From an uncultured Gemmatimonadales bacterium (GTDB taxonomy: Bacteria > Gemmatimonadota > Gemmatimonadetes > Longimicrobiales > RSA9): a stretch of 64,000 nt of DNA. A model generated the notes under the pieces. The model saw only the letters and a program-made list of their open reading frames with translations. It searched no databases and was not told where the DNA came from. Shown here in pieces: positions 51,999-61,507 of this stretch. Within the stretch, counting starts at the first letter, position 1, and each line of letters opens with the position of its first letter. Position numbers and translations under genes: made by a program. Location of the stretch: the NCBI GenBank assembly GCA_963708135.1, contig OY970192.1, positions 608,001 through 672,000 of the forward strand. The letters run 5' to 3'.

Positions 51999-52206
51999 AT
52001 GCATCCTTGACAACGGAATGATGGAGGGGGTTCGAGTGACCGACCTCGGCGGGTGCCGAGGCGCGACCAGGCGCACGCATGCGCGCCGAGCGGCTGGAGG
52101 CGGCCGCCGGGGCGGGGCTGAAGGACGAGGATGAGGCGGTGGTGCGCGGGTCTCTTCGGGGACGGGTCGCGGGTCCGGTTCATCAATCCCGGAAAGAAGG
52201 GGGACC

Positions 52207-53337
52207 ATGAACGGACGGAAGAATGTACGAGCGCTGGTGCTGGGATTGGTGGTGTCGACGCTGGGGCTGCTGACGGCGTGGGCCGTGAACCGTCCGCCTG
52301 ATGTGGCTGCGGCCGGGGCTGGATCGGCTGAGGTGGGCTCGTCCTCGGCGGCGACGACGGCGTCGTCGTCGGCGGAGGTGACGTGGGACCTGCCGGTGAC
52401 GTGGAACGACCGCGTGGGGCACTGGGTGGACTTCCTGTCGGGCGAGAAGCACGACCGGACGAAGCGGTGGCTGGAGCGGTCGGGGAAGTACGTGCCGATG
52501 ATCCGCAGGGAGCTGGCGGCGCGGGGAATGCCGCAGGACCTGATCTACCTGGCATTCATCGAGAGCGGGTACTCGCCGAACGCGTACTCGAGCGCGAAGG
52601 CGGCGGGGCTGTGGCAGTTCATCGCGGAGACGGGGCGGCGCTACGGTCTGACGGTGAACAGCTACGTGGACGAGCGGCGCGACCCCGTGAAGGCCACGGG
52701 TGCGGCGCTGGACTTCCTGCAGAAGCTGCACGACCGGTTCGGGAGCTGGTACCTGGCGGCGGCCGCGTACAACACGGGGCCGAACCGGGTGGCGCGCGTA
52801 CTGGATGAGCACGCCGGCGGGGCGCGTGGCAGCGACTCTCTGTACTGGAAGATCGCGCCGTACCTGCCGCAGGAGACGCGGGACTACGTTCCGCTCATGC
52901 TCGCGGCGGGGCACATCGGCAAGCAGCCGGCGAAGTACGGCTTCGATGACGTGGAGTACGCGCAGGCGCTCAGCTACGACTCGGTGCGGGTGCCCGGTCG
53001 CGTGGCGCTCTCGACGGTGGCGAAGGCGGCGGGGGTGTCGAAGGACTCGGTCGAGGGGCTGAATCCGGAACTGGTGCGGGGTGTCACGCCGCCGGAGGGG
53101 TACGAGGTAAGACTCCCGCGCGGCACGGAGCGGCTGTACGCGGTGCGCTTCCCCGCGCTCCAGCGGACGGTCCGGCTGGCCGCAGCGCGGACACAGTACC
53201 ATCGCGTGCGTCGGGGCGACACGCTCTCGGAGCTGGCCCAGGACTACTCGGTGACGGTCACCGATCTGCGCCGCTGGAACGATCTGGGCAACAGCAGCCG
53301 GATCCTCGTCGGGCAGCGGCTGCGCGTCGGCGCCTGA
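52207..53337 (+). CDS. MltD-like lytic transglycosylase with LysM domain
   Basis: IESGY, AAGLWQFI, DERRDP, AAAAYN, ETRDYV; C-terminal LysM. Confidence 0.9.
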   Translation: MNGRKNVRALVLGLVVSTLGLLTAWAVNRPPDVAAAGAGSAEVGSSSAATTASSSAEVTWDLPVTWNDRVGHWVDFLSGEKHDRTKRWLERSGKYVPMIRRELAARGMPQDLIYLAFIESGYSPNAYSSAKAAGLWQFIAETGRRYGLTVNSYVDERRDPVKATGAALDFLQKLHDRFGSWYLAAAAYNTGPNRVARVLDEHAGGARGSDSLYWKIAPYLPQETRDYVPLMLAAGHIGKQPAKYGFDDVEYAQALSYDSVRVPGRVALSTVAKAAGVSKDSVEGLNPELVRGVTPPEGYEVRLPRGTERLYAVRFPALQRTVRLAAARTQYHRVRRGDTLSELAQDYSVTVTDLRRWNDLGNSSRILVGQRLRVGA

Positions 53338-53422
53338 TCCGCGAGCGAAGCCGCGCGCGCGGCGCCGAGCCCATGCGGTGCGCGCGCGCGTGAATGACCC
53401 GGCCGCGCCGCCACGACCGTGG

Positions 53423-53438
53423 TGGCGCGGCTCGTGCA
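53423..53438 (+). promoter_or_regulatory. candidate sigma54 promoter
   Basis: TGGCGCG-gctc-GTGCA with GG-N10-GC spacing. Confidence 0.45.
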
Positions 53439-53478
53439 TTTCGCCTCCGCGCACCGTCCCCGGACCAGGAGTGAGAGC

Positions 53479-53700
53479 ATGCACTGGGTGAAGGTCACCA
53501 AGCCGCGCTACGAGCAGTCACGCCGCTACGCGCAGCAGGTCGGAGAGGTGATCGGTACGTGGGGACCCGACAACAGCGCCGCCGGCCGCAAGGGATACCT
53601 CGTGGAGTTCGCGGACGGCGAGGTGGTCGGGGTCACGGATGAGGAGCTCGACGTGGTCGACAACCCGGGGCTCGGCGCGGGCGAGACGGGCCCCATCTGA
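53479..53700 (+). CDS. small hypothetical protein (SH3-like beta pattern)
   Basis: AGGAG RBS; VKV...GEVI...YLVEFADG...EELDVV. Confidence 0.7.
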   Translation: MHWVKVTKPRYEQSRRYAQQVGEVIGTWGPDNSAAGRKGYLVEFADGEVVGVTDEELDVVDNPGLGAGETGPI

Positions 53701-53805
53701 TACGACGCCATACCCGCGGCCACGCGAAAGGCCCGCACCGCCCGGACCGGCGGCGCGGGCCTCTCGCGTGTTTCGGCTGGAACGCGCCCCGCCTCGCTCC
53801 CTCCT

Positions 53806-54555
53806 CTATCGGCCGCCGCCGCGCGCGCCGAGGATGGCACGCGCATAGCCGTTGCCCGGGTTGCCGCCGGCCTTCCGGATGGCGTCCACCGTGGCCGGTC
53901 CGCGATTGTAGGCCAGCAGCGCGAGTCGCAGGTCGCCATCGTAGGACCGGATCAGGTCACGCAGGTAGGCGAAGCCGAGCCGCAGGTTCGTCCCCTGCTC
54001 GAAGAGATCGTCGCGCGAGAGCCTGGGGTCGAGCAGCCGCGCCGTGCTCGGCATGAGCTGCGTCAGGCCGACCGCACCTTTCGGGCTCACCGCCGTGCGC
54101 GTGAAGTCGCTCTCCAGGCTCACCAGCCGGAAGGCAATGTCCGGCTGGATCCCCTCCGACAGCGCGATGTCGTAGATCTCCGACGCCAGGTCCGCCGGAA
54201 TGTGGTAGCGCGCCGAGTTCTGCATCACCGTGTTCAGCCGCGCCATCTCGAGCCGCACCAGCTCCAGCTCCCCCTCGCGGGCGTCCAGCGCGTTCTGCGT
54301 GTGCTGCAGCCGCTCGCGCAACTCCCAGTTCGTCACCCGCGTATCCGGGCCCGTGGTCAGGAAGCCGCCCAGCGTGAACGCCACTGCCCCGAGCAACACC
54401 ATCTGCAGCGGTCGCCGCCAACTCATCCAGAACGCCACCAGCCGCCGGCGCCACGGACTCATCCAGCCGTACTCCCACTGCCAGATGACCGACGGAAGCT
54501 CCTCCGTCAGCCGCTCGCCGCGCGCATCGATGTATTCCGAAGCCCTGGAGGGCAT
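53806..54555 (-). CDS. membrane-anchored SLT-domain lytic transglycosylase with coiled coil (start uncertain)
   Basis: [32 protein letters not shown]. Confidence 0.85.
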   Translation of the reverse strand: MPSRASEYIDARGERLTEELPSVIWQWEYGWMSPWRRRLVAFWMSWRRPLQMVLLGAVAFTLGGFLTTGPDTRVTNWELRERLQHTQNALDAREGELELVRLEMARLNTVMQNSARYHIPADLASEIYDIALSEGIQPDIAFRLVSLESDFTRTAVSPKGAVGLTQLMPSTARLLDPRLSRDDLFEQGTNLRLGFAYLRDLIRSYDGDLRLALLAYNRGPATVDAIRKAGGNPGNGYARAILGARGGGR

Positions 54556-54600
54556 GTCGGCTCTCCGCGTTCGAGTCCCGTTCGCACGACCGGCTCCGCT

Positions 54601-55083
54601 TCAGCCGGTCTCCTCCGCCGCTTCCCACGTGCCGCTCCGGCCGCCTTCCTTGCGAAGCAGCCGGACCCGCTCGATCCGCATCCCGCGATCGAGCGCCTTC
54701 AGCATGTCGTACACGGTGAGGAGCGCCACGGACACCGCCACGAGCGCCTCCATCTCCACGCCTGTACGGCCCAGAACGGAGGCCCGCGCCGTCGCCCGCA
54801 CTCCGGGGAGAGTCGCGTCCGGCTCCAGGCTCACCTCGATGCTCGTCAGCGGCAGCGGGTGGCACAGCGGTATCAACTCCGACGTCCGCTTGCCAGCCTG
54901 GATCCCCGCCACCTGACCCACCAGCAGCGCGTCCCCCTTCGGGGTCCGCCCCGCCAACAGCGCCTCCAGCGTCGCGGCCGACATCACCAGCTCGCCCGCC
55001 GCCAGCGCCTTCCGATCGCTTTCCGCCTTCCCGGATACGTCCACCATCCGCGGGCGGCCGGTCTCATCCTGGTGCGTCAGCAT
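54601..55083 (-). CDS. moaC: cyclic pyranopterin monophosphate synthase
   Basis: [35 protein letters not shown]. Confidence 0.96.
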   Translation of the reverse strand: MLTHQDETGRPRMVDVSGKAESDRKALAAGELVMSAATLEALLAGRTPKGDALLVGQVAGIQAGKRTSELIPLCHPLPLTSIEVSLEPDATLPGVRATARASVLGRTGVEMEALVAVSVALLTVYDMLKALDRGMRIERVRLLRKEGGRSGTWEAAEETG

Positions 55084-55088
55084 CTCCG

Positions 55089-56285
55089 CTAAGATAACAG
55101 CCCCGGAGATCCCCCTCCAGCGTCCCGCCCCCCTCCCACCCCCGCCAGCACCCGCCCCAGCTCCGGAAGGAGCCACGCCAACGTCAACTGCGGATTCACG
55201 TTACCGTACGCCAGCCGCCTCGCCTCCTCCACCGCCGCCAGCGCCTCGGCCGCGCCCGTGCTCGCGCCCGGCGAACGCCGTGCAAGCTTGGAAAGCCAAT
55301 CTCCTGCATCGATATTCCCCACAAGCTCCGGCGCGCCGCTGGCCACGGCAGACAGGTCGCGCAGCCAGCCGGCCAGTGCGTCGAGGACGTCGCTGAAGGC
55401 GCCGCGGGCGCCGGTCGGCCCGACGGCGTGGGCGGCGGCGAAGCGGGCCGTGGGCTGCTCGGCGGTCGCGGCCTCGAGCAGCGAGCGGGCCTGCTGCCGG
55501 ATCTCCTCGAGGGGGCCGGCCGCGCCGTCGGAGGGCAGAAAGCCGAGGGCGCGGCCGATGGAGCCGTGAGCGAGGCGGGCGGCGACGCGGGCGGCGGCGG
55601 GATCGGCGCCGCGGCGGGCGACGAGGAAGTCGGCGACGTCGCCTTCGGGGAGCGGCGTGAGGCGCATGGCGAGGACGCGGGAGCGGATGGTGGGCAGGAG
55701 GGCCTCGGGATCGGCGGCGGTGAGGATGAAGGTGGTGGCGGCGGGCGGCTCCTCGAGGAGCTTGAGGAGGGCGTTGGCGGCCTCGGGTGAAGACTCCTGG
55801 GGGACGAGGGCCTCGGCGTCGCCGACGATGAAGACCTGCAGGGACGCCATGGCGGGTCGCGATCCGGCCATGCGCCGCAGGGTCTGGACCTGGGCGAGGA
55901 AGAGGGAGGTGGGGTCGCCGGGGACGAGGGGGCGCAGCGGCTCCTCGCGGCGCGCGGCGAGCTCGGTCGCGCGGGCCTCCTCCATGGCGTCGGCGAGGCG
56001 GTCGGGGCTGCTTGCGCCGCGGGGGCGGGTGATCGGGAAGAACCAGTGGATGTCGGGGTGCTCGAGGCGGAGCGCGAGGCGGCATCCGGGGCATTCGCCG
56101 CAGGGGCCGTCGTCGCCGGGTCGCTCGCAGACGAGCAGTCTCGCGAGCCAGAGGGCGAGGCGCTGCTTGCCGATGCCGGGCGGTCCGTGGAGGAGGAGGG
56201 AGGCGGGGAGCTCGCCACGGCTGGCGGCGCGAGCGAGGGCGCGGCGCGCATCCTCGTGGCCCTGGAGCGGGGGGATCTCGTTCAC
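55089..56285 (-). CDS. holB: DNA polymerase III subunit delta'
   Basis: GPPGIGK, Cys4 zinc motif, HPD, AANALLKLLEEP, LLPTIRSR. Confidence 0.88.
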   Translation of the reverse strand: MNEIPPLQGHEDARRALARAASRGELPASLLLHGPPGIGKQRLALWLARLLVCERPGDDGPCGECPGCRLALRLEHPDIHWFFPITRPRGASSPDRLADAMEEARATELAARREEPLRPLVPGDPTSLFLAQVQTLRRMAGSRPAMASLQVFIVGDAEALVPQESSPEAANALLKLLEEPPAATTFILTAADPEALLPTIRSRVLAMRLTPLPEGDVADFLVARRGADPAAARVAARLAHGSIGRALGFLPSDGAAGPLEEIRQQARSLLEAATAEQPTARFAAAHAVGPTGARGAFSDVLDALAGWLRDLSAVASGAPELVGNIDAGDWLSKLARRSPGASTGAAEALAAVEEARRLAYGNVNPQLTLAWLLPELGRVLAGVGGGRDAGGGSPGLLS

Positions 56286-57562
56286 TGGCCGGCGTGGCTG
56301 CGGAGCCAGTCGAGCGGATCGACGGCCTCGGGGAGGTCGCCACCGATCGGGGCACGGACCTGGAACTCGATGTGCGGCCCCTCCGGGGTCTTGCCGCCTC
56401 CGACGGTGCCGACCTTCTGTCCAATCGAGACGTGCTGGCCCTCCTTCACGGCGATCGAGCCGAGATAGAGGTAGAGCGTGTAGAAGCCTCCGCCGTGGCT
56501 GATCATGACGGTCGGTCCGTAGCCCTCGAAGGGGCGGGCCATGACGACGGTGCCGGCCTCGACGGCGGCGACCGGAGCGCCGGCCAGCGCGGCGATGCCG
56601 ATGCCGTTGTTGCGCAGGATCACGCCGTTGGCGCGCCGCTCGGGACCGAAGCGATAGAGGAGGCGGCCGTCCACCGGCCAGCGCAGCGAGCCGAGCTCGC
56701 GGGTGGTGAGGCCGCCGCCGCCGCCCGGCGCGCCGGCCACGGCGGCCCTGCGCTCCTCCACCTTGCGCTTGCGCTCGATCTCGGCGAGGGCATCGGTGAG
56801 GCGGGCCTCATCGCGAACTAGCTGGTCGATGCGTCCGGCGGTCCGGCGCGCGCGCTGCTGATAGTCGTGGAGCGTGCGGCGGTGCTGGCTCTGGAGCGCC
56901 TGCAGCCTGGTGAGCTCGCCCAACTTCTCGTCGCGCAGTCGCTGGAGCTGATCGAGGCTGCCCTGCAGCTCCCGGTCCTGCTCCACGAGCTGGGTCTCGA
57001 GGCGCCGCACCTCGTCCACGAGCATGCGGTCGTTGAGGGCGATGAGGTGCAGGTACTTGTAGCGGTTGAGCAGGTCGCCGAAGCTCTCTGCGCCGAGGAG
57101 CACGCGCACCGAGTGCATCGGCCCGCGCTCGTAGATCGAGCGCAGGCGCCGGTGAAGGACGGCGTCGCGTTGCGCGAGCTGGTCGCGCGTGGCCAGCAGC
57201 CGGCGCGTCGTCGAGTCCACGCTGGCGTTCAGGGTGGCGGACTGGAAGTCCAGCTCCTCCACGACGCTGGAGGAGGTCTCGACCTGCCGCTCGATGTTGA
57301 CGAGCTCGCCGGAGACGTCGTGGACGCGCGAGCGCAGATCCTCCATCTGGCGCTGCAGCCTGGCCCGCTCGGCCCGGATCTGCTCGAGCCGCTCCTGGCT
57401 GTCGCGCAACTCCTTCTTCAGGTCCTGGGCGCGTACCGTTCCGGCGCCGACGAGCAGCATGCCCCAGGCGACGATGGCCGCCGCCGCGCGCGCCGCGCGC
57501 GGCCCCCGTCGGCTCGCGCTGCCCTGGCCCGGGCCCCGCACAAGCGGACCGATCCGGCCCAC
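56282..57562 (-). CDS. envC: murein hydrolase activator EnvC (coiled coil + degenerate M23); start uncertain
   Basis: Long coiled coil; WPVDG, NGIGI, YTLYLYL (no HxH); downstream of ftsEX. Confidence 0.85.
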   Translation of the reverse strand: MGRIGPLVRGPGQGSASRRGPRAARAAAAIVAWGMLLVGAGTVRAQDLKKELRDSQERLEQIRAERARLQRQMEDLRSRVHDVSGELVNIERQVETSSSVVEELDFQSATLNASVDSTTRRLLATRDQLAQRDAVLHRRLRSIYERGPMHSVRVLLGAESFGDLLNRYKYLHLIALNDRMLVDEVRRLETQLVEQDRELQGSLDQLQRLRDEKLGELTRLQALQSQHRRTLHDYQQRARRTAGRIDQLVRDEARLTDALAEIERKRKVEERRAAVAGAPGGGGGLTTRELGSLRWPVDGRLLYRFGPERRANGVILRNNGIGIAALAGAPVAAVEAGTVVMARPFEGYGPTVMISHGGGFYTLYLYLGSIAVKEGQHVSIGQKVGTVGGGKTPEGPHIEFQVRAPIGGDLPEAVDPLDWLRSHAGQ

Positions 57563-58425
57563 TAGACCTCCCGCAGGTGCCGCCGGACGGCCAGCGCGCT
57601 GGCGGCGACGCCCATGAGGGCGCCGAGGACGACGCCCGCGGCGATCCAGGGCGCCGGGATCCAGTCCAGCTGAACGACCGAGCCGGAGAGCACGCGGAAA
57701 AGCCCGTAGGTGACGAGGATCGCGAGGACGGCGCCGAGCAGCCCGGTCATGAGGCCTTCGAGCAGGAACGGCCGGCGGACGAAGGCGTCGGTGGCGCCGA
57801 CCAGACGCATGATGGCGATCTCGTCGCGGCGGGCGAAGATGGCGAGGCGGATCGCGGCGCCGATGATGAGCGCGGCCACGAGGGCGAAGGCGCCGCCCAT
57901 GACGAGGGTGGCGGCGCCGGCCACGCGGCGGAGCAAGAAGACCTTGTCGAGCCACTCGGAGCCGAAGCGGACCTCCTCGACGAAGGGGTAGGAGCCGATG
58001 CGGTCGGCGACGGCCCGCACGGCTTCGGGACCGCGCATGCCGGGCTTGAGGTGCACCTCGAAGGAGGCGGGCAGGGGGTTGGTATCGAGGTCGGAGAAGA
58101 CGGAGCGGAACTCGGTGAGGTCGCGTCGGGCGATCTCGAGGGCCTCATCGCGGGAGACGTAGTAGACGCGCAGGACCTCGGGGTAGGCGGCGATCTCCTT
58201 GCGCGCGAGCTCGACGGCCTGGGGCGAAGCGTCGTCCTTGAGGTAGGCCACGACCTCGACCCGCGCCTCGACGCGGTCGAGCGCCTGCCGGATGTTGTAG
58301 GCGGTCGTGCCGAAGATGCCCACCACGACCAGCGAGAGGGCGATCATGGCGGCGGACAGCCCGGTCAGCGCGGGCGCGCGACGGAACGCGGCAAGGGCTT
58401 CTCGGATGGCGTAGGGCATGGCCAC
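57562..58425 (-). CDS. ftsX: cell division permease FtsX
   Basis: NPLPASF, RLAIFARRDEIAIMRLVGAT..FVRRPFLLEG. Confidence 0.93.
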   Translation of the reverse strand: MAMPYAIREALAAFRRAPALTGLSAAMIALSLVVVGIFGTTAYNIRQALDRVEARVEVVAYLKDDASPQAVELARKEIAAYPEVLRVYYVSRDEALEIARRDLTEFRSVFSDLDTNPLPASFEVHLKPGMRGPEAVRAVADRIGSYPFVEEVRFGSEWLDKVFLLRRVAGAATLVMGGAFALVAALIIGAAIRLAIFARRDEIAIMRLVGATDAFVRRPFLLEGLMTGLLGAVLAILVTYGLFRVLSGSVVQLDWIPAPWIAAGVVLGALMGVAASALAVRRHLREV

Positions 58426-59108
58426 TAGCGCAGGGCGGGATCCGCCGCTGAATCGTAGACGAGGCTGCCATGGTCGAGCTCGAGCACCCGGTAGCGGGGG
58501 TTGCGGCGCACCAGCTCGAGGTCGTGGGTGGCGAGCAGCACGGCCGTGCCGGCCGCGTTGATCGAGCGGAACAGCTCGAAGATACCGAACGTCGCCCGCT
58601 CGTCCAGGTTGCCCGTGGGCTCGTCCGCGAGCAGGACCAGCGGATCGTGGGCGAGGGCGCGGGCCACGACCACGCGCTGCTGCTCGCCGCCGGAAAGCTC
58701 GCCGGGGAGCGCCTCGGCCTTGGCGGCGAGGCCGACATGGGAGAGCAGTCGGCCGACCTTTGCGCGGATGACGGCCCGGCGGGCACCGGTGACCTCGAGC
58801 GCGAAGGCCACGTTCTCGGCGGCCGTGCGGTCGCGCAGCAGGCGGAAATCCTGGAAGACGTAGCCGATCTTGCGACGCAGCAGCGCGACGTCGCGCTGCT
58901 TCGTCCTCCCGCCGGCGTAGCCGCTCACCCGCACCTCGCCGCGGGTGGGCGCCTCGGCCATGTGAATGAGGCGCAGGACGGTGGACTTGCCGGCGCCGCT
59001 GTGGCCGGTCAGGAAGCAGAACTCGGCCTTGCGCAGCTCGAACGAGAGGTCGTTCAGCGCGAGGCCGCTACGCGGGTATTCCTTGAAGACGTGAGTGAAG
59101 CGGATCAT
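58425..59108 (-). CDS. ftsE: cell division ATP-binding protein FtsE
   Basis: GHSGAGKST, VFQDFRLL, LSGGEQQR, ADEPTGNLD. Confidence 0.93.
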   Translation of the reverse strand: MIRFTHVFKEYPRSGLALNDLSFELRKAEFCFLTGHSGAGKSTVLRLIHMAEAPTRGEVRVSGYAGGRTKQRDVALLRRKIGYVFQDFRLLRDRTAAENVAFALEVTGARRAVIRAKVGRLLSHVGLAAKAEALPGELSGGEQQRVVVARALAHDPLVLLADEPTGNLDERATFGIFELFRSINAAGTAVLLATHDLELVRRNPRYRVLELDHGSLVYDSAADPALR

Positions 59109-60067
59109 GTCGCCGCGTGCAGGGCCGCCCGGCGCCGCGCCGCGAGCCGCGCGGCCAGGCGGACAGCCTCGATCATGGAGCCGGGATCCGCCACGCCGCG
59201 ACCCGCGATGTCCAGGGCGGTCCCGTGGTCGGGCGAGGTGCGGGTGAAGGGCAGGCCGAGGGTTACGTTGATGCCGCTGCCGAAGGCGGCCGTCTTGAAG
59301 GCGGCCATACCGACGTCGTGGTACGGGGCGATGACTGCGTCGAACTCGCCGCGCAGCGCGCGCACGAACACGGTGTCGGCGGGGATCGGGCCGGTGGCAT
59401 CGAGGCCCTCTGCGCGCAGGCGCTCGATCGCGGGCGCGAGGATGCGCGCCTCCTCGTCGCCGAACAGACCGCCGTCCGAGGCGTGCGGGTTCACCGCGCA
59501 GAGCGCGAGGCGGGGCCGCTCGAAGCCCCACCCGTCGCGAAGTCCCGCCGCGGTGAGGCGCGCCTGCTCGACGAACCGCTCCACGGTGAGGACCGCCGGC
59601 ACGTCCGCCAGGGGCAGGTGCGTCGTGGCGAGCACGACGCGCAAGGGACCGCCCAGCGAGGTGTGCTCCGCATCCATGAGCATGACCACGGCGCCGACAC
59701 CCGCCAGCGAGGCGAGCATCTCGGTGTGGCCGGGGAAGTGGTAGCCGCCGGCGTCCAGCGCGCTCTTGTCGATCGGCGCGGTGACCAGGCCATCGACCTC
59801 GCCGGCGAGCGCCATGCCGGCGCCGCGCTCGATGGCGCCGCCCGCCAGGGTTCCGGCGCGGGCGGCTCCTTCTCCCGGCCGCCAGATGCCGGTGGGCACG
59901 AACTCGTCGGCCGCGTCCTCGGCGCCAGTTCCCTCGGGGCCGACGAAGACGAGGGTGAGGCCCTCGCCGCGGAGCGCGCGCGCGGCGGCGGCGGCAACCT
60001 CGGGGCCGATGCCGCGGGGATCGCCGAGGGTGACCGCCAGCCGGACGGTGTCGCGGGATGAGCTCAT
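59105..60067 (-). CDS. pdxA: 4-hydroxythreonine-4-phosphate dehydrogenase
   Basis: GDPRGIGPE, TAPIDK, GHTE, NPHA, YHD, RTSPDHGTA. Confidence 0.95.
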   Translation of the reverse strand: MSSSRDTVRLAVTLGDPRGIGPEVAAAAARALRGEGLTLVFVGPEGTGAEDAADEFVPTGIWRPGEGAARAGTLAGGAIERGAGMALAGEVDGLVTAPIDKSALDAGGYHFPGHTEMLASLAGVGAVVMLMDAEHTSLGGPLRVVLATTHLPLADVPAVLTVERFVEQARLTAAGLRDGWGFERPRLALCAVNPHASDGGLFGDEEARILAPAIERLRAEGLDATGPIPADTVFVRALRGEFDAVIAPYHDVGMAAFKTAAFGSGINVTLGLPFTRTSPDHGTALDIAGRGVADPGSMIEAVRLAARLAARRRAALHAAT

Positions 60068-60077
60068 GGCGCGGCGA

Positions 60078-61400
60078 TCAGGAGCGGATGTCCACGTACA
60101 TCTTGTCCTTCAGCTCCGCGACCAGCTCATCGAGGAGCTTCTGGCGGGCGACCTGCTCCCGGACGGTGGCGTGGACGGTCGGGTCGTCGAGGGTGTACTG
60201 CCCCGCGGGAGTGGACTCGGTGACCTTCACGACCGCGTACTTGGTCGGCTGCCCCTGCGTGACGAGGCGGATCGGCCCGATCACCTGTCCGGCGTTCGCG
60301 TCGGCGAGCGCGGTGCTGTAGGCGGCCGGCAGCTGGTCGCGGGGGAACGGCCCGACCTTCGTCTGCTCCTCCGTCGGATCGCTGTAGGTCGCGATGAGCG
60401 AGTCCATGTCCTCGCCTCGCTGCATGAGGAGCTTGACGGAATCCGCGAGCACCACCGCCCGGGTGGTGTCGGCATCCGTGATCTCGGGTCGGATCAGGAT
60501 GTGGCGCGCCTCGCGCTCCCCACCCTTGATCTTCTCGAGCTTGATGATGTGCAGGCCGAATGGGCTCCTGACGATGCCGCTGACCTCGCCGGGCCGGAGC
60601 GAGTACGCGGCGTCCTCGAACGCCTTGACCATCTGGCCGCGCCGGAACCAGCCGAGATCGCCGCCCTTTTCCTTCGTTCCCGGATCCTGGGAGTAACGCT
60701 TGGCCAGCGTGGCGAAGTCCTCGCCCGCGTGGACCTTCTGCAGGATCTCCTCGGCCTGCGCGCGTGCTGCCGCCATGGCGGAATCGCTCGGCTGCGGCGC
60801 GATCACGACCTGCTCGAAGCTGATGGTGGCAGGGCGCTGGCCCAGGCGGCCCTTCTGCTCATCGAAGAAGGCCTTCATCTCCTCTTCGGTGACGGCCGGC
60901 TTGCGGTTCTGTTCGACCTTGCTGAGGTAGCGCTGGATGAGCGCCGTCTTGCGCATGTCGGCCGCGATCATCTCGCGGTAGCCGTTGAGGGTGAGGCCCT
61001 GGGCGTGGAGCGCGGCCTCGAACGCCGCCGCGCTGGGGAACTGCTTCTGGCGCGCCGAGATCTCCTGCTGCACCTGGTCCTTGATCTGGTCCTCGGGCGG
61101 GGTGATCGTCGTGTCCTCGAGCGCGGCCTGGACGAGCAGCAGCTCGCTCACGTGGGACTTCACGATCTGGTCGCGCAGCCGGGCGGAGTCGTCCGCGGTC
61201 TGCGGTGCCGGCTGCCCGGTGGCGACCAGCTGCGCCATGTCCTCCTGCACGTCCAGATCCGTGATCACGCTGTCGCCCACCACCGCGACAATGCGCTCGA
61301 CCAGCTCCCGGTCCGGCGGCGCCGGCTTCTGCGCGAGGAGCGGCGCGGCGCCGGCCGCCAGGGCGGCGAGAACGAGAATCGGGGCTAGAGAGCGGTTCAT
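60078..61400 (-). CDS. surA: SurA-like peptidylprolyl isomerase chaperone
   Basis: IVAVVGD..I, YSQDPGT..GGDLG, ARHILI; precedes pdxA. Confidence 0.85.
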   Translation of the reverse strand: MNRSLAPILVLAALAAGAAPLLAQKPAPPDRELVERIVAVVGDSVITDLDVQEDMAQLVATGQPAPQTADDSARLRDQIVKSHVSELLLVQAALEDTTITPPEDQIKDQVQQEISARQKQFPSAAAFEAALHAQGLTLNGYREMIAADMRKTALIQRYLSKVEQNRKPAVTEEEMKAFFDEQKGRLGQRPATISFEQVVIAPQPSDSAMAAARAQAEEILQKVHAGEDFATLAKRYSQDPGTKEKGGDLGWFRRGQMVKAFEDAAYSLRPGEVSGIVRSPFGLHIIKLEKIKGGEREARHILIRPEITDADTTRAVVLADSVKLLMQRGEDMDSLIATYSDPTEEQTKVGPFPRDQLPAAYSTALADANAGQVIGPIRLVTQGQPTKYAVVKVTESTPAGQYTLDDPTVHATVREQVARQKLLDELVAELKDKMYVDIRS

Positions 61401-61421
61401 TCTGCCTGCGTTCCGCCTGTA

Positions 61422-61456
61422 GAAAAGGGGTGGGGCCGGCGCACCGCGCCGGCCCC
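61422..61456 (-). terminator. probable intrinsic terminator after the PPIase gene
   Basis: GGGGCCGGCGC-3nt-GCGCCGGCCCC stem followed on the minus strand by ACCCCTTTTC. Confidence 0.55.
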
Positions 61457-61507
61457 GTTCTCATACCTGCGCCGCCCCGGCGTGTTCCGGGTCAACCGCG
61501 TGTGGCA

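Noticed and set aside
51995..52206. c-di-AMP (ydaO) riboswitch upstream of a cell-wall hydrolase
   Set aside because: The context fits, but the hallmark GCUGAAUCC and CCGUCAGCUAAC segments are not visible; an Rfam scan would be decisive.
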